From a virus (lineage: Duplodnaviria > Caudoviricetes), in the IMG/VR virus record IMGVR_UViG_3300043086_000064, positions 1 to 64,000 of that record: DNA of 64,000 nt; one strand, written 5' to 3'. The translations under genes were made by a program, and so were the position numbers. The stretch's first letter is position 1. Each line of letters opens with the position of its first letter. This document shows positions 39,579 through 50,339 of this stretch, piece after piece. Below the pieces are notes generated by a model, which saw only the letters and a list, made by a program, of their open reading frames with translations, ran no database searches and was not told the DNA's origin.

Positions 39579-40457
39579 ATGGCTTATGGAGCAGTACAAT
39601 GGACTGAAACAACAGTAGCTTCTGGTACTGGGTTTTCTATTGTTGTTAAACATGGTTATTCTCAAAATCCAAACACGAACAAATCTTACCGCTATGTGGC
39701 GTGGATGAAAGTAAAAGCAAACAGCTCTTTATACTCAATCTGGAATCAAACTGGTAGCGCTCAAGCTGGTATCCGAACAAGAGATTCTGTGTTTGGCCCA
39801 GAGTCTTGGAGCTTCTATGTTCAAAAAGGAAGCTATGACACTTACGACCCTGGAGACGCAAAGTCTTCAGAGTTCTCTCATAACGCTGATGGCAGCGTCA
39901 CAGATCCACCTGGTGTAGGATGGTATCTCAACCACAATATTTCAGATGGGTATAATGGTTATAAATCATCATATTGGCCAAGTTATACCATGACAAGTTG
40001 GCAATATTTTACACCAACTCTTCCAGCATTATCGAGAACACAGCCAGTAAGCACGTCAACAGTCTCGTCAATATCTCACTCTACTTGTACTTTAAATTTT
40101 TCTGGTACATGTAGCAGCTATAATTCTATTAGTCAATACAAATATAGAATCAATAGTGAAAGTGATGTTTATACGACATCTACAAGTGTAAATCTTACCG
40201 GTCTCAGCGCAGGTACTTCATATACAATTCACACATGGGTTAAAGACAACTGGGGTTGGTGGTCTCAAGATAAAACTCTAACATTCGCCACCTTAACTTC
40301 TGGAAGTTCAACAACCACAACTAACGGTTGGCCCATGATTAAGGTTAATGGTATTTGGAGAAATGTTACAACACCTTATATCAAAGTGAGCGGCGCCCAG
40401 AAGGCGGCGACAAAAGTATATGTAAAAGTCGGAGGAACTTGGAAGGCTTGTAAGTAG
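39579..40457 (+). CDS. Virion protein with fibronectin-III-like domain, paralog B
   Basis: Colinear homolog of 38678; LTGLSAGTSYTIHTWVKD. Confidence 0.7.
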   Translation: MAYGAVQWTETTVASGTGFSIVVKHGYSQNPNTNKSYRYVAWMKVKANSSLYSIWNQTGSAQAGIRTRDSVFGPESWSFYVQKGSYDTYDPGDAKSSEFSHNADGSVTDPPGVGWYLNHNISDGYNGYKSSYWPSYTMTSWQYFTPTLPALSRTQPVSTSTVSSISHSTCTLNFSGTCSSYNSISQYKYRINSESDVYTTSTSVNLTGLSAGTSYTIHTWVKDNWGWWSQDKTLTFATLTSGSSTTTTNGWPMIKVNGIWRNVTTPYIKVSGAQKAATKVYVKVGGTWKACK

Positions 40458-40526
40458 GCGGCAACCTGTTTGCAGCTTTATATATCAAACATTACGCGGA
40501 ATCTAAGATGGTTCCCGCACTCCAAT

Positions 40527-40562
40527 GAGGGGTATCCTATATGGGTACCCCTCTCTTTTTTG
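40527..40562 (+). terminator. Rho-independent terminator
   Basis: GAGGGGTA-TCCTATATGGG-TACCCCTC followed by a T-run. Confidence 0.7.
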
Positions 40563-40626
40563 GTTATTCTAAAGTAACTTCCAACATTTTATTTTCTTTT
40601 TTCAAGACAGAAAGGAGAGAACCTAT

Positions 40627-41037
40627 ATGCGAATCGTATATCAAGAAAATCAGAAACTCCGCATTATTGACACATCTAAAGATTTAAGTGTTACAAGTTT
40701 TTTCTTTCCAAAAGGTATGGAAGGAACTTTTTATTGCAGAGTTAATGATGAATTGCTTAAATTAACTAAGGTTGATGAAGATAAAAATTATGATTGGTAC
40801 GGTGTCTCTTTAGATAATTATATTGGTGTTGAAAATGGAGAAGTTTCTGTTTCTATTGTTATTTTCAAAGGAGACAGTGTAATCTTTTCTGACGTGGAAA
40901 AAGTTGAAATGACTTTTGATTCGTATAAAGAAGCTCAAAAACTCTCTCTATTAGAAAAAACCGTTGCTCAAATTAAAGAATTAACGCAACTTAACATTGA
41001 TATATATGAATCAATTAGGGAGGTTACCGGCAAATGA
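40627..41037 (+). CDS. Putative baseplate/tail-associated protein
   Basis: 136 aa, AAGGAG RBS, coupled to 41034. Confidence 0.5.
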   Translation: MRIVYQENQKLRIIDTSKDLSVTSFFFPKGMEGTFYCRVNDELLKLTKVDEDKNYDWYGVSLDNYIGVENGEVSVSIVIFKGDSVIFSDVEKVEMTFDSYKEAQKLSLLEKTVAQIKELTQLNIDIYESIREVTGK

Positions 41038-42632
41038 TAACAACCGTAGAAGATTTTAAGAAGAAACTTGAAGAGATTGAAAAGAATCCTGGGAATGGTC
41101 AAATTGCTATTGAAATGATTAACGCTGACACCGAGTCAAAGTTTCTTATTGATGCAAATAGTCGTACAATTAAGATTCCTACACAGTTTGAAGATGCTGC
41201 GGCAATTTGTCGTGACCACGATTCTGAAACAATTTATTTTGAAATTGACCAATATTTTGATGATGTTGACTTATATCAAAAGTCTTGTATTATTCAGTAT
41301 GTAAACGCAAATGGAGGACAATATGTTTTTCCTGTAACAGACAAATATTTAACTGGAAAAGGAAAAATTATTTTTGCGTGGGATTTAAACAATAATGCTA
41401 CCGCATACGCTGGACAAGTTAGATTCTCTGTAAGATTCTACACTTTAAAGAATGGTGTTTACACATATAACTGGAGTACAAAACCGGCCACAATCAATAT
41501 TGGTGAAGGCTTGTATATTACAGACTCTGGTGAAACTTTACCAAATGGTGATGACATTACTCAGTTGGTAGAAAAAATCAATGGTATCTATATGAACGGA
41601 GATTTAAGCTCTGGAACAAAGAACTATAATGATTTAAGTAACCGACCAATGATTAACGGCGTTCTGCTTGAAGGAGATTTGCCTCCTGAAGCTTTTGATT
41701 TGAAGGCTACTATTGATGAGGATAAAGTTGTTACTTGGGATAAGGTTGATAAACAGCTTAGTGATTTATCTAATAACCCTATTGCTAATAGCGCTGTTAA
41801 TGGAATGTTTGCAACTCAAACTTCACAAATTCAGGAATTAGCTGATAGTATTGTAGAAATCAATTCCAAATTTGAAAATCTTACTTTTGTTCCTCTTGAG
41901 GTAACAAGATTCTTAAATAAACCTATTCCAAATTCCGGCAATTACACTGGAGATTATGCTAAAGAAACTTTTGTTCGTTGTAAAACAAATATCAAAGAAA
42001 TGTATTTTGATATTGCTTTAAACAAAAATGTTTCAAATTCTATTTTTATTAGCAATAGCGAAAATGATTATATCTGGGAAAAGGTTTTTAAAGAGTGGGC
42101 GCTTACATCAGATGGTGTTGGTAGAAGCTATCCAGTTTCTTCAAACGGAAGCACGATTACTCTTTCTTCCCCTGGCACAATCACTTTTAAAGCTGAAATT
42201 TCAGACGCTTATTCTTCTGCGAGTGCAGAAACAAAAATGACTTTCTGCAACTTGTTCTATTGGGGTTCAAAGCCATTAACTGATTTAAACGCTTCAACGG
42301 AATCGGTAGTATCTGATTTTATTAGCGACTTAGGTAATGAACAATTATCTCCAAGTGCAGATGGTCTTATTTGTACTACCTCTTGTGGGAAAGAAGAATA
42401 TATTTATTTAGCCGTTCCAAAAGAAAGATTGGGATATGATGGAACAAACATTGATATTTCAGTTGGAGGCTTTATAGGCGGCTTTGAAAAATTAAATGCA
42501 GATGGACAGTATTTTAAAGTGAAAAATACTGTTAAGGTCGAAAATAAAACTTATACGTACGAATATGACGTTTATCGTTCATTAAACCCAAATTTGGGAA
42601 GTACAACAATGACATTAAGTGAAAGGGGGTAA
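41034..42632 (+). CDS. BppU-like baseplate/tail-associated protein
   Basis: DANSRTIKIP, DHDSETIYFEIDQYFDDVDL, AGQVRFSVRF as in BppU N-terminal domains; NYNDLSNRPMING. Confidence 0.6.
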   Translation: MITTVEDFKKKLEEIEKNPGNGQIAIEMINADTESKFLIDANSRTIKIPTQFEDAAAICRDHDSETIYFEIDQYFDDVDLYQKSCIIQYVNANGGQYVFPVTDKYLTGKGKIIFAWDLNNNATAYAGQVRFSVRFYTLKNGVYTYNWSTKPATINIGEGLYITDSGETLPNGDDITQLVEKINGIYMNGDLSSGTKNYNDLSNRPMINGVLLEGDLPPEAFDLKATIDEDKVVTWDKVDKQLSDLSNNPIANSAVNGMFATQTSQIQELADSIVEINSKFENLTFVPLEVTRFLNKPIPNSGNYTGDYAKETFVRCKTNIKEMYFDIALNKNVSNSIFISNSENDYIWEKVFKEWALTSDGVGRSYPVSSNGSTITLSSPGTITFKAEISDAYSSASAETKMTFCNLFYWGSKPLTDLNASTESVVSDFISDLGNEQLSPSADGLICTTSCGKEEYIYLAVPKERLGYDGTNIDISVGGFIGGFEKLNADGQYFKVKNTVKVENKTYTYEYDVYRSLNPNLGSTTMTLSERG

Positions 42633-42636
42633 ATGA

Positions 42637-45600
42637 GTGGCTAAGTTAAATAATTTTAAAGGTGGCGTAGAGTTAATCTCTGGTATTTCACCTAAGAATA
42701 ATAATGATTTTGCTCTAGTTGATGCGCATTATGTTCAAGTTGAAGACAAAGAAAAGCCTGACAAAAGGCTTGATGAAAAGTTGTCTGAATTGACAACAGC
42801 AGTTAAAAACAACGAAGGCGTTGAAAAACTAAAAGAAACCGTTGATGAAAATAGTGGAAGACTTGATGAATTAGAAGTCGCTGTTAATGGTACGCCTAGC
42901 GAGACGAATCCAGACGTTACAGAAGGCGGCGCCGCAAAAAACGCCGCAAAGGCTTTAGAATTGGCAACTACGATTAAAAACGCCTTTGTCGGACAAGATT
43001 TTACAGAAAATAGTATCGACCTCTCTAAAATAGGAAATTATAGCAGAATTTGGTATAAAGAAGACAATAGTACCTTATATATGTACGACCCTTCCTACCT
43101 TCCTGATGAAGATACAGCTTTTGACCCTAATGAATACCCAAAATGGAGCGGCAACGTGAAAGACGCCATGAGCTCTACTGTTATCTCAGGTGGTGGCGGA
43201 GGAGGTTCCGCATCAGCTTCTCGTGTACGATTAAAAAGAGTTGGAAGCTCTACGATTACTGTTAAAAAAGGAGACCCTGTTGTTTTAACTATTAACTATG
43301 CTTCAGTACCACAAAGTGCTACTGGAGACGATGTTGAAACTCTTGGTATCCCAGCAACCGCAAAAGTTTTTGTGAATAAAGTTTTACAAACAACCGTTTC
43401 TTTTATTGAGGGTGACAACAATGTTGACATTACTCAATATATTGGAAATGGAACTTCAACAGTTTCCGTTACAGTAACAAATGAAGAAGGTGTTAGTGCA
43501 AGTATCTACTATACTGTTGTTGCAGTTGAATTAACACTTACATCTAACTTCTCCGATGCTCTTGCTCAAAAAACAACAGCATACATTTCTGTAACTCCAA
43601 CTGGAAACGTTACTAAAACCTTACATGTTATTATTGATGGCAAAGAATCCACTACAAATATTGGAACATCTAATACATCTACTACTGTTAGTGTATCTCC
43701 GAACGGACATGGAGTAAGAACAGTTAAAATATACGTATCTGCAACCTTAGATGGTGGAATTGAGTTGGAAAGTAACGCCCTCTACTATGAAATTATGTTC
43801 ATTACAGATAGCGGTACATCAACTTTGATTAGAAGCAATTATGATGGAACTCCATTACAACAGTACACAACTTATGTTTTCAAGTATAGTGTATATAACC
43901 CTAAAACTTCGACTTCTTTAACTACTATTAGTATTGATGACGGGGAAACAGTAGAAGTTAAATCTGAAGTAAATGCTGATAGGTCAGAACAAACTTTCTC
44001 TTACAAGCCAATGGAAGCAAATGAGAATTTGACTTTAATTATTGAGTCTGGTGGAACGAGAAAAGAAATTCCTTTCACTGTTGAAGCATTTGCTGACGCT
44101 GATAAAATTAAACCTATCACTGGTGTAGAATTAGCTTTTGATTTCTCTCCAGAGAGTAGAACGAATAATGACGTTAATAAAGATGTTTATGAATACAATG
44201 GCTATAAGGCCACATTCTCTGATGGTTTTGACTGGGTTAATGGTGGTTGGTTAGTAGATGAGAATAATATAGATTATCTTTGCATTAAAGCGGGAGATAC
44301 TCTTACTATTGACTATCCTTTATTTGGAGATGACCCAAGAGACAAAGGGAAGAACTTTAAAGTAATTTTTAAAGCTGTTAACTGTAAAAAGTTTGATGCT
44401 CAGGTTATGTCCTGTCTCGCTGAAGCTAATCAAGATACCGAAGTAACGGAAGAGGTTACTACCACTGACCCTAACACAGGCGAAGAAGTAACAACACCAG
44501 TAAAGAAGTTAGTGCGCTTTAAAGCCGGTATTCAATTAACCGCACAAAGTGGTGACCTATATCCTGGTAGCTATAAACCTATTGAAGCTCCTTATTTGGA
44601 AGATGAGCTTTTAGAACTTGAATATAATATTCAAAGCAAGAGTGAGACCAGAGAAATTGTGTCTTATCTTAGCGCGGACCCTGTTTGCTGCCGAATATAT
44701 GATGAAAACGCGGATATGGAACAAACCAGTTATGGAACCGGAAAGGCCCTCCCTGTGGTTTTTGGTTCTGAAGATTGTGATGTTCATCTCTATCGCTTTA
44801 AAGTATATACTCGTTCTCTTTCAATGGAAGAAACATTACAGAACTTCTATGGTGATTCTCTAACCGCAGAAGATATGTCAGCTCGTTATAATAGAAACCA
44901 GATTCTTAATGATGATGGAGAACTTGATTATAACAAAATTGCTACCATGTATCCTGAAATGAGAATTATTCTTATTGAGTGTCCTGTATTTACAAACGGA
45001 AAGTCAAACACCGTTAAAGGTTGTACGGTACAGCAGATTATGGGTAATGGTGACCCTGTTCACAACTGGACTGCAACTGGAGTGTCTTTAAAAGGTCAGG
45101 GTACCTCTTCGGACGCGTATGGAGATTCCGCACGTAACCTTGATATTAAATGCTCTGATGGTTTTGATTATGTTGAAAATGGAGAAACTAAACATTCAAA
45201 AACTTATGCTATGACAGATGATAGTGTAGGTGTAAATTATTTCAATATGAAGGTCAATGTTGCTTCTTCTGAAAACGCAAACAACTCTCGCTTGGCTGAA
45301 AGATATAACCAGTATCAGCCTTTCATTAGACAAGCAAGAAAAGACAATCCAAAAGTACGCGACACAATGGAGTTTCACCCATGCATAATTTTTATTAAAG
45401 AAACTGGTATCGACTCAACAGGCGCCGCAGTAACACCATTAGAAGTTCCAGCTGATGGTAAGTATCATTTCTATGCTGCCGGAGATTTTGGAAACTCTAA
45501 GAAAAATGCTAAGGCGTTTGGTATGACAGACGACCCTCTTGAATGTATTATTGAATTTTCTAACAACACTTTTCCTCAATGTTTATTCAAAAAAGGTACA

Positions 45601-48600
45601 GATGAAATAGGAATAGAAGATTTTAAATTTGACGCAAAAAATGGAGTGGAAGCAGACAGTTTCTGGGCCGGAAAGGTATTTGAGTTCCGCTATCCAGATG
45701 TCAAAGATTTTACTTGCGTAACCGAATCATCTGACTCTTTTGAAACAGAAGAAGATTATCAGGCCTATGTTACACAGCAAGAGAGCAATAAAGCCTATGT
45801 GAATACAATGGTTAGCAATTTTAGAAAAGTTTGGGAATGGACTGAATCAACTAACCAACAAACAGCAACAAATAATATTCTTACTAGTCCTTTTATTTAT
45901 AATGGAGTAAAATACACAAAAGACACTGTTGAGTATAGAAAAGCCAAATTCACTGCCGAAGTTGGCGACTATTATGTTAAAGATTCTTTAGTATTCCATT
46001 ATCTCTTCACTGAACGTTTCATTATGATTGATAACCGCGCTAAGAATACATTTATTCACTACAATGTAGATGGAGATAGTACGGTAAAAGGCCGTTGGGA
46101 TTTTGTTTTCAACTATGACAATGATACAGCTTTAGGTTGCGATAACTCTGGTTACTTAACAATTCCTTATGGTTCAGAAGACACTGATAGAATGTCGGCA
46201 AATGGTGACTACTATTTTAATGGTTGGCAGAGTGGACTCTGGTGTAATGTAAGAGATTGCTTAAATTCTGAATTAAGAACTATGGCGACTGATCTTTCCG
46301 AATGTTGGAGAGGCGCAAATGTTATTCAATTTTTTAATGACTATCAAGACATTAAGCCAGAAGTTCTTGAAATGAAAGACATGTGGAAAAAATACCTTAG
46401 ACCAGCAGAGGGTTATACTAGACCGAATGGTGAAGCTGTTCAAACAACAGAGTTTATTGAGCGTTTAAATGGAAAGAAGAAATATCAAAGAGCAAGATTT
46501 GAAACATATCAAGACGCATACTTCTCTTCCAAATATGCTACCCCTACGGCAGTACAAGATAGTATCACAGGTCGTTTTACTTCTAATATTGGTAGTTCAA
46601 CTGTCCCATTTGGAGAATACTTTACACTAACGCCTTACTCTGACCTATATGTTTCTATGTATTTTGATGGTATCGTTGAAAGAGTAAGAGCAAAAGCCGG
46701 CGTTCCTACAAAAATTTATCTGCAACAAGGTAACGAATATCAAGATAAAAACTATACAATTCGTTCCGCTTCAATGCTTCAAGACCTTGGAGACTTGTCT
46801 CCTTTCTATCTCTATTCAACAGGTTTCGGACCAGGCAAGAGAATCCAGAAATTATTGTTAGGAAATGAAAAAGAAGGATATTTCAATAGTAAGTTTGACC
46901 AATTAAGTGTCGGTTCTACGAATACTCTTTTAGAGGAAATTGACTTACGCGGATGTGCTATGACATCTAATCCAGCTGTTGACGTATCTATGATTCCTAG
47001 TTTAAAGAGAATTTATACTAAAGATTCTGGTGTTTCTTCTATCGCCTTTGCTAATGGAGCTATGCTTGAATTAGCTGATATTAACAATGTTAACGGCTTA
47101 ACCCTAAGAAACTTATATTATTTAAGCGACGAAAATTTAAAAATGGATAGCTATGAAAATTTACAGCGTTTAATCTATGAAAACTGTCCAAATTTAAATG
47201 AGCTTAATATGATTAAAAATGCTCCAAACCTCAATCGTGTTCGTTTAGTTGATGTTAACTGGACTGATGATGAAGATGAAAAAGATGCGCGCGGCGCCTT
47301 GGAAGACACTTCCTTGCTTAACCGTTTGGTTGCCATTGGTGGTATTAACGAAAATGGTATCAATACAACTAATTCAGTTTTAACAGGAAAAATCCAAGTT
47401 CATTCAACAATCCTTCCTTCTGAAATGAGAGCTTATCAAAAAGCGTGGAACGCAGGCTTCGATGAAAATTCAGAAAGTCCTTTAATAATTACTGGTACTG
47501 GTATAGGCGCTGAAATTGAGGTTGTTTTCCGCGGAGCTAATAAAGAAGTGCTTTATAGCGAATATGTGGAAGAAGGAAACTTAGCTCCTGACCCATTAGA
47601 AAAAGGATATATTAAAACGCCTACAAAGGCTTCTGATGATATGTATGACTACACTTTTAACAAGTGGAGTATTGATATTGCGACAACACCTATTATGACC
47701 AATAATCCATCTATTGTTAATGGTCAATTATTTGTTGACGCAGAATTTACCACAGCTTTAAGAACATTCACTGTTATTTGGAAACAAGGCACAGCTAGTA
47801 ATAGTGAAGTTATGGTTTCAACAACAGTCACTTATGGAGATGAGGCTGTTTATGAAGATGTTTATAAAGCAAAGAAAAACGTAAAAATTCCTGAATATCC
47901 TACAAAAGCAGATAGTCTTGCAAGTGGCAGCTCTACGGTTATGAGAACATATCTCTTTAAAAATTGGGACAAATCAACAGGCTGCGTAACTCAAGATATG
48001 ACAGTCTATCCAGTTTTTGAAGAAGGCGTTTTCGGAGGTTTTAATGTTGAACCTGATTACAGCGAGATGAGCGCCGCAGACGTTTCTGTATGGGCTAAAA
48101 ACTTTGAGTTAAACGAAGACCGAGAGGTTGGCGGAACTAAAACTGATTCAGACTCTAGCACATATTTCTTCCCAGCGGGCACAAAAGTTAATGTTCAATT
48201 TGGCTACATGCCAGATTTTAATGGTTCGACAAATGATACAGTGGGCAAAGTCACTTCTGAGGTAATTGTAGGTGAAGGCTCTAATTATAATTACTCCTCT
48301 CCTATTGTCTTAGATGGAAACACTGTTGTTGAAATTCCTGAAGTTCAATTATTAAAAGAGGACAAAGATTTTGTTTTGGCTTTAGACTTTAGCTCTGGAT
48401 ATAAAAAATATACTAGTGCAACCAGTGACGACCAAATTTATAATACAATTATGTCTATTGCCGGAGACCTTGGACAAAGCAGCTTCGACGCCATGGAAAC
48501 AAGAATTGTTCTTACACAAAATACTGCTCCTAAATTCCAAATTGGTTCCAATATAACTGAAAACTCGCTTTCTGAATTTGTCCCTAGTGTAACACCTTAC

Positions 48601-49662
48601 AACAATAATGCTTCTATTAACAAATATTATTACAATCCAAGACAAATAGTTGTAATAAGACATACAAAAGGTCAACAAGGTTTAACTATCTATTACAAAA
48701 AACGTTCTAATCCTTCTACTGGTATGTGGAGTGAAGACTATAAAGTGGTTTCTGAAGTTATAAACTTTGGAGTTTCAACTTTACCACCTTCTGGAAGTCT
48801 TACAACTAGCTCTGGTCTCATTTTTGGAGCAAGAAAAAGAAAAAGTACTGGTGCTTATTATGCAAAAGGACAGGGCAAAATAAATTATTGTAAAGTATGG
48901 TATGGCGACTTAGGTGACACAGAGTGTAAAAAAATTGCTAGTTGGATTTATGAAAAACGAGAATTTGCTGTTGGTAGCGGAAGAGCTTATTCAACTATCA
49001 CTGGCAATAAAACAACTTTTACTTTTATTGACACTGGAATGTTAGATATTCTTAAAACATATCATACTTCCTCTAGTAATCGTGGTGGTTTCAAGTATTC
49101 TTTAATAAGAGAATACCTAAATGGTACTGTGTATAATGCTATGTCTAATACTTGGAGAAGTATTATTAAATTAGTTAATGTTTCTTCAATTAAAGGCGGC
49201 GCCAGTGATTATCAGTCGATAGAAGAATCCATTCCTGGAACGCTCTTCCCTGGAGACACAAATACCAGAGATGCTGACGGCTTGCTGCCAGGCAGCGCCA
49301 CAATTCCAAGTCAAAATTACATCTTCTTACCTAGTTACGCCGAGGTTGCTCAATCAGACGCCTACAATAGTTATAATAATGAACTTCCTGGAGGAGACAC
49401 AACAAAATATTTTGTTGCTTACACAGACGCAAAATCAAGAATAAAAACGATAGAAACCTATGTCTCTCCATCGGACCAACTCACACCAATGCCTTGGCCT
49501 TGGTTAACAAGGAGTCCTGCTCCTATGGGAAATCAAAGAGGGGTAGGTAACGTAAACTACTTGGGAGAAATTAGTTCTTCTACAACTTCTTGGACTTCCG
49601 AAGATTCTCGTTATGACATTTCTCAAACTCCTTTGGGCGTTTCTATTTGCTTTACTGTATAG
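42637..49662 (+). CDS. 2341-aa multidomain virion protein: Ig-like, LamG-like, CotH-kinase-like, LRR, InlB-B-like repeats, DUF6273-like C-terminus
   Basis: IDNRAKN...YDNDTALGCDNSG (CotH-like); LEEIDLRGC/LKRIY LRRs; YTFNKW/YLFKNWD repeats; IFLPSYAEV...WLTRSP. Confidence 0.65.
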   Translation: MAKLNNFKGGVELISGISPKNNNDFALVDAHYVQVEDKEKPDKRLDEKLSELTTAVKNNEGVEKLKETVDENSGRLDELEVAVNGTPSETNPDVTEGGAAKNAAKALELATTIKNAFVGQDFTENSIDLSKIGNYSRIWYKEDNSTLYMYDPSYLPDEDTAFDPNEYPKWSGNVKDAMSSTVISGGGGGGSASASRVRLKRVGSSTITVKKGDPVVLTINYASVPQSATGDDVETLGIPATAKVFVNKVLQTTVSFIEGDNNVDITQYIGNGTSTVSVTVTNEEGVSASIYYTVVAVELTLTSNFSDALAQKTTAYISVTPTGNVTKTLHVIIDGKESTTNIGTSNTSTTVSVSPNGHGVRTVKIYVSATLDGGIELESNALYYEIMFITDSGTSTLIRSNYDGTPLQQYTTYVFKYSVYNPKTSTSLTTISIDDGETVEVKSEVNADRSEQTFSYKPMEANENLTLIIESGGTRKEIPFTVEAFADADKIKPITGVELAFDFSPESRTNNDVNKDVYEYNGYKATFSDGFDWVNGGWLVDENNIDYLCIKAGDTLTIDYPLFGDDPRDKGKNFKVIFKAVNCKKFDAQVMSCLAEANQDTEVTEEVTTTDPNTGEEVTTPVKKLVRFKAGIQLTAQSGDLYPGSYKPIEAPYLEDELLELEYNIQSKSETREIVSYLSADPVCCRIYDENADMEQTSYGTGKALPVVFGSEDCDVHLYRFKVYTRSLSMEETLQNFYGDSLTAEDMSARYNRNQILNDDGELDYNKIATMYPEMRIILIECPVFTNGKSNTVKGCTVQQIMGNGDPVHNWTATGVSLKGQGTSSDAYGDSARNLDIKCSDGFDYVENGETKHSKTYAMTDDSVGVNYFNMKVNVASSENANNSRLAERYNQYQPFIRQARKDNPKVRDTMEFHPCIIFIKETGIDSTGAAVTPLEVPADGKYHFYAAGDFGNSKKNAKAFGMTDDPLECIIEFSNNTFPQCLFKKGTDEIGIEDFKFDAKNGVEADSFWAGKVFEFRYPDVKDFTCVTESSDSFETEEDYQAYVTQQESNKAYVNTMVSNFRKVWEWTESTNQQTATNNILTSPFIYNGVKYTKDTVEYRKAKFTAEVGDYYVKDSLVFHYLFTERFIMIDNRAKNTFIHYNVDGDSTVKGRWDFVFNYDNDTALGCDNSGYLTIPYGSEDTDRMSANGDYYFNGWQSGLWCNVRDCLNSELRTMATDLSECWRGANVIQFFNDYQDIKPEVLEMKDMWKKYLRPAEGYTRPNGEAVQTTEFIERLNGKKKYQRARFETYQDAYFSSKYATPTAVQDSITGRFTSNIGSSTVPFGEYFTLTPYSDLYVSMYFDGIVERVRAKAGVPTKIYLQQGNEYQDKNYTIRSASMLQDLGDLSPFYLYSTGFGPGKRIQKLLLGNEKEGYFNSKFDQLSVGSTNTLLEEIDLRGCAMTSNPAVDVSMIPSLKRIYTKDSGVSSIAFANGAMLELADINNVNGLTLRNLYYLSDENLKMDSYENLQRLIYENCPNLNELNMIKNAPNLNRVRLVDVNWTDDEDEKDARGALEDTSLLNRLVAIGGINENGINTTNSVLTGKIQVHSTILPSEMRAYQKAWNAGFDENSESPLIITGTGIGAEIEVVFRGANKEVLYSEYVEEGNLAPDPLEKGYIKTPTKASDDMYDYTFNKWSIDIATTPIMTNNPSIVNGQLFVDAEFTTALRTFTVIWKQGTASNSEVMVSTTVTYGDEAVYEDVYKAKKNVKIPEYPTKADSLASGSSTVMRTYLFKNWDKSTGCVTQDMTVYPVFEEGVFGGFNVEPDYSEMSAADVSVWAKNFELNEDREVGGTKTDSDSSTYFFPAGTKVNVQFGYMPDFNGSTNDTVGKVTSEVIVGEGSNYNYSSPIVLDGNTVVEIPEVQLLKEDKDFVLALDFSSGYKKYTSATSDDQIYNTIMSIAGDLGQSSFDAMETRIVLTQNTAPKFQIGSNITENSLSEFVPSVTPYNNNASINKYYYNPRQIVVIRHTKGQQGLTIYYKKRSNPSTGMWSEDYKVVSEVINFGVSTLPPSGSLTTSSGLIFGARKRKSTGAYYAKGQGKINYCKVWYGDLGDTECKKIASWIYEKREFAVGSGRAYSTITGNKTTFTFIDTGMLDILKTYHTSSSNRGGFKYSLIREYLNGTVYNAMSNTWRSIIKLVNVSSIKGGASDYQSIEESIPGTLFPGDTNTRDADGLLPGSATIPSQNYIFLPSYAEVAQSDAYNSYNNELPGGDTTKYFVAYTDAKSRIKTIETYVSPSDQLTPMPWPWLTRSPAPMGNQRGVGNVNYLGEISSSTTSWTSEDSRYDISQTPLGVSICFTV

Positions 49663-49672
49663 GAGATAAAAA

Positions 49673-49969
49673 ATGTTTTACTATAAGACTGTTATTGATA
49701 ATACAACGTATTATTTTAATGAAAATGCTTTTTGCGCTTACAATAGCACTCTACAACGCTATATTCTTTGCAGTGTTCAATACGCCCAAGATGTTGTGGT
49801 AAATGATAAAATTTATAGGGTTGACTGGTTATTCCCTGAAACGGGGCCAGATGCTGGAACGCATCAAACAATTCAAATTCAACAAACCACAAAAGAAGAA
49901 TATGACGCTTGGAGAGAAACACTTCAAGAGCAAAAACTAAAAGAAATGAGAGAGATTAGCGAAAGCTAG
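49673..49969 (+). CDS. Small tail-associated protein
   Basis: 98 aa, AGGAG RBS, last gene of the module. Confidence 0.55.
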   Translation: MFYYKTVIDNTTYYFNENAFCAYNSTLQRYILCSVQYAQDVVVNDKIYRVDWLFPETGPDAGTHQTIQIQQTTKEEYDAWRETLQEQKLKEMREISES

Positions 49970-49984
49970 TCTCTCTTTTTTTTT
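49948..49984 (+). terminator. Rho-independent terminator
   Basis: GAGAGA-TTAGC-GAAA-GCTAG-TCTCTC followed by a T-run. Confidence 0.75.
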
Positions 49985-50060
49985 ATGCTTGTGCGGGACC
50001 TCGTTGGTGGAGTAATGGGTAGTGTAAAAATCTGCAAACAAGGTGCCGCACAGGTATAAA

Positions 50061-50262
50061 AAAAGAGAGAAGCCTCCCCATTTGACTTCTCTGCTTTTGT
50101 TTTGCTAACCATGAAACATTATATATAAACTGAAAGGCTTGCATTGGAATAAGAGGTGTAGTGAGTGATTTTATTTTTGGAAGAGTGGTTAGCAAAACTT
50201 ACCAATTAGATGCAGCTGCACATCTTACGATTAACTGGCATAGCTTCAGAGTTGTCTGGCGA
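50061..50262 (-). ncRNA. Candidate structured small RNA B
   Basis: TATAAT near 50267 on the minus strand; hairpin AGATG/CATCT within CCAGTT/AATTGG; 12-bp stem TTTTGCTAACCA/TGGTTAGCAAAA; ends at a GAGAAG/CTTCTC hairpin plus T-run. Confidence 0.4.
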
Positions 50263-50339
50263 TAATATTATACTCCTCTCTCTTTCGAGTTGCCTATTGC
50301 TACGCTTTAACACTTCTTCTCTATACAAACCTTTTTAAT

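Noticed and set aside
38678-40457. Diversity-generating retroelement (TR/VR pair)
   Set aside because: Differences between the paralogs are mostly synonymous and not adenine-specific, and no reverse transcriptase is present in the window.
20554-49922. Short antisense or alternative-frame ORFs within the structural module (e.g. 21827, 22711, 26180, 28879, 33574, 45196, 48382)
   Set aside because: Fully overlap long, motif-bearing plus-strand genes and lack initiation signals.
50194-50262. tmRNA tag region
   Set aside because: No tRNA-like acceptor or T-arm ends and no Ala-ending tag reading frame.
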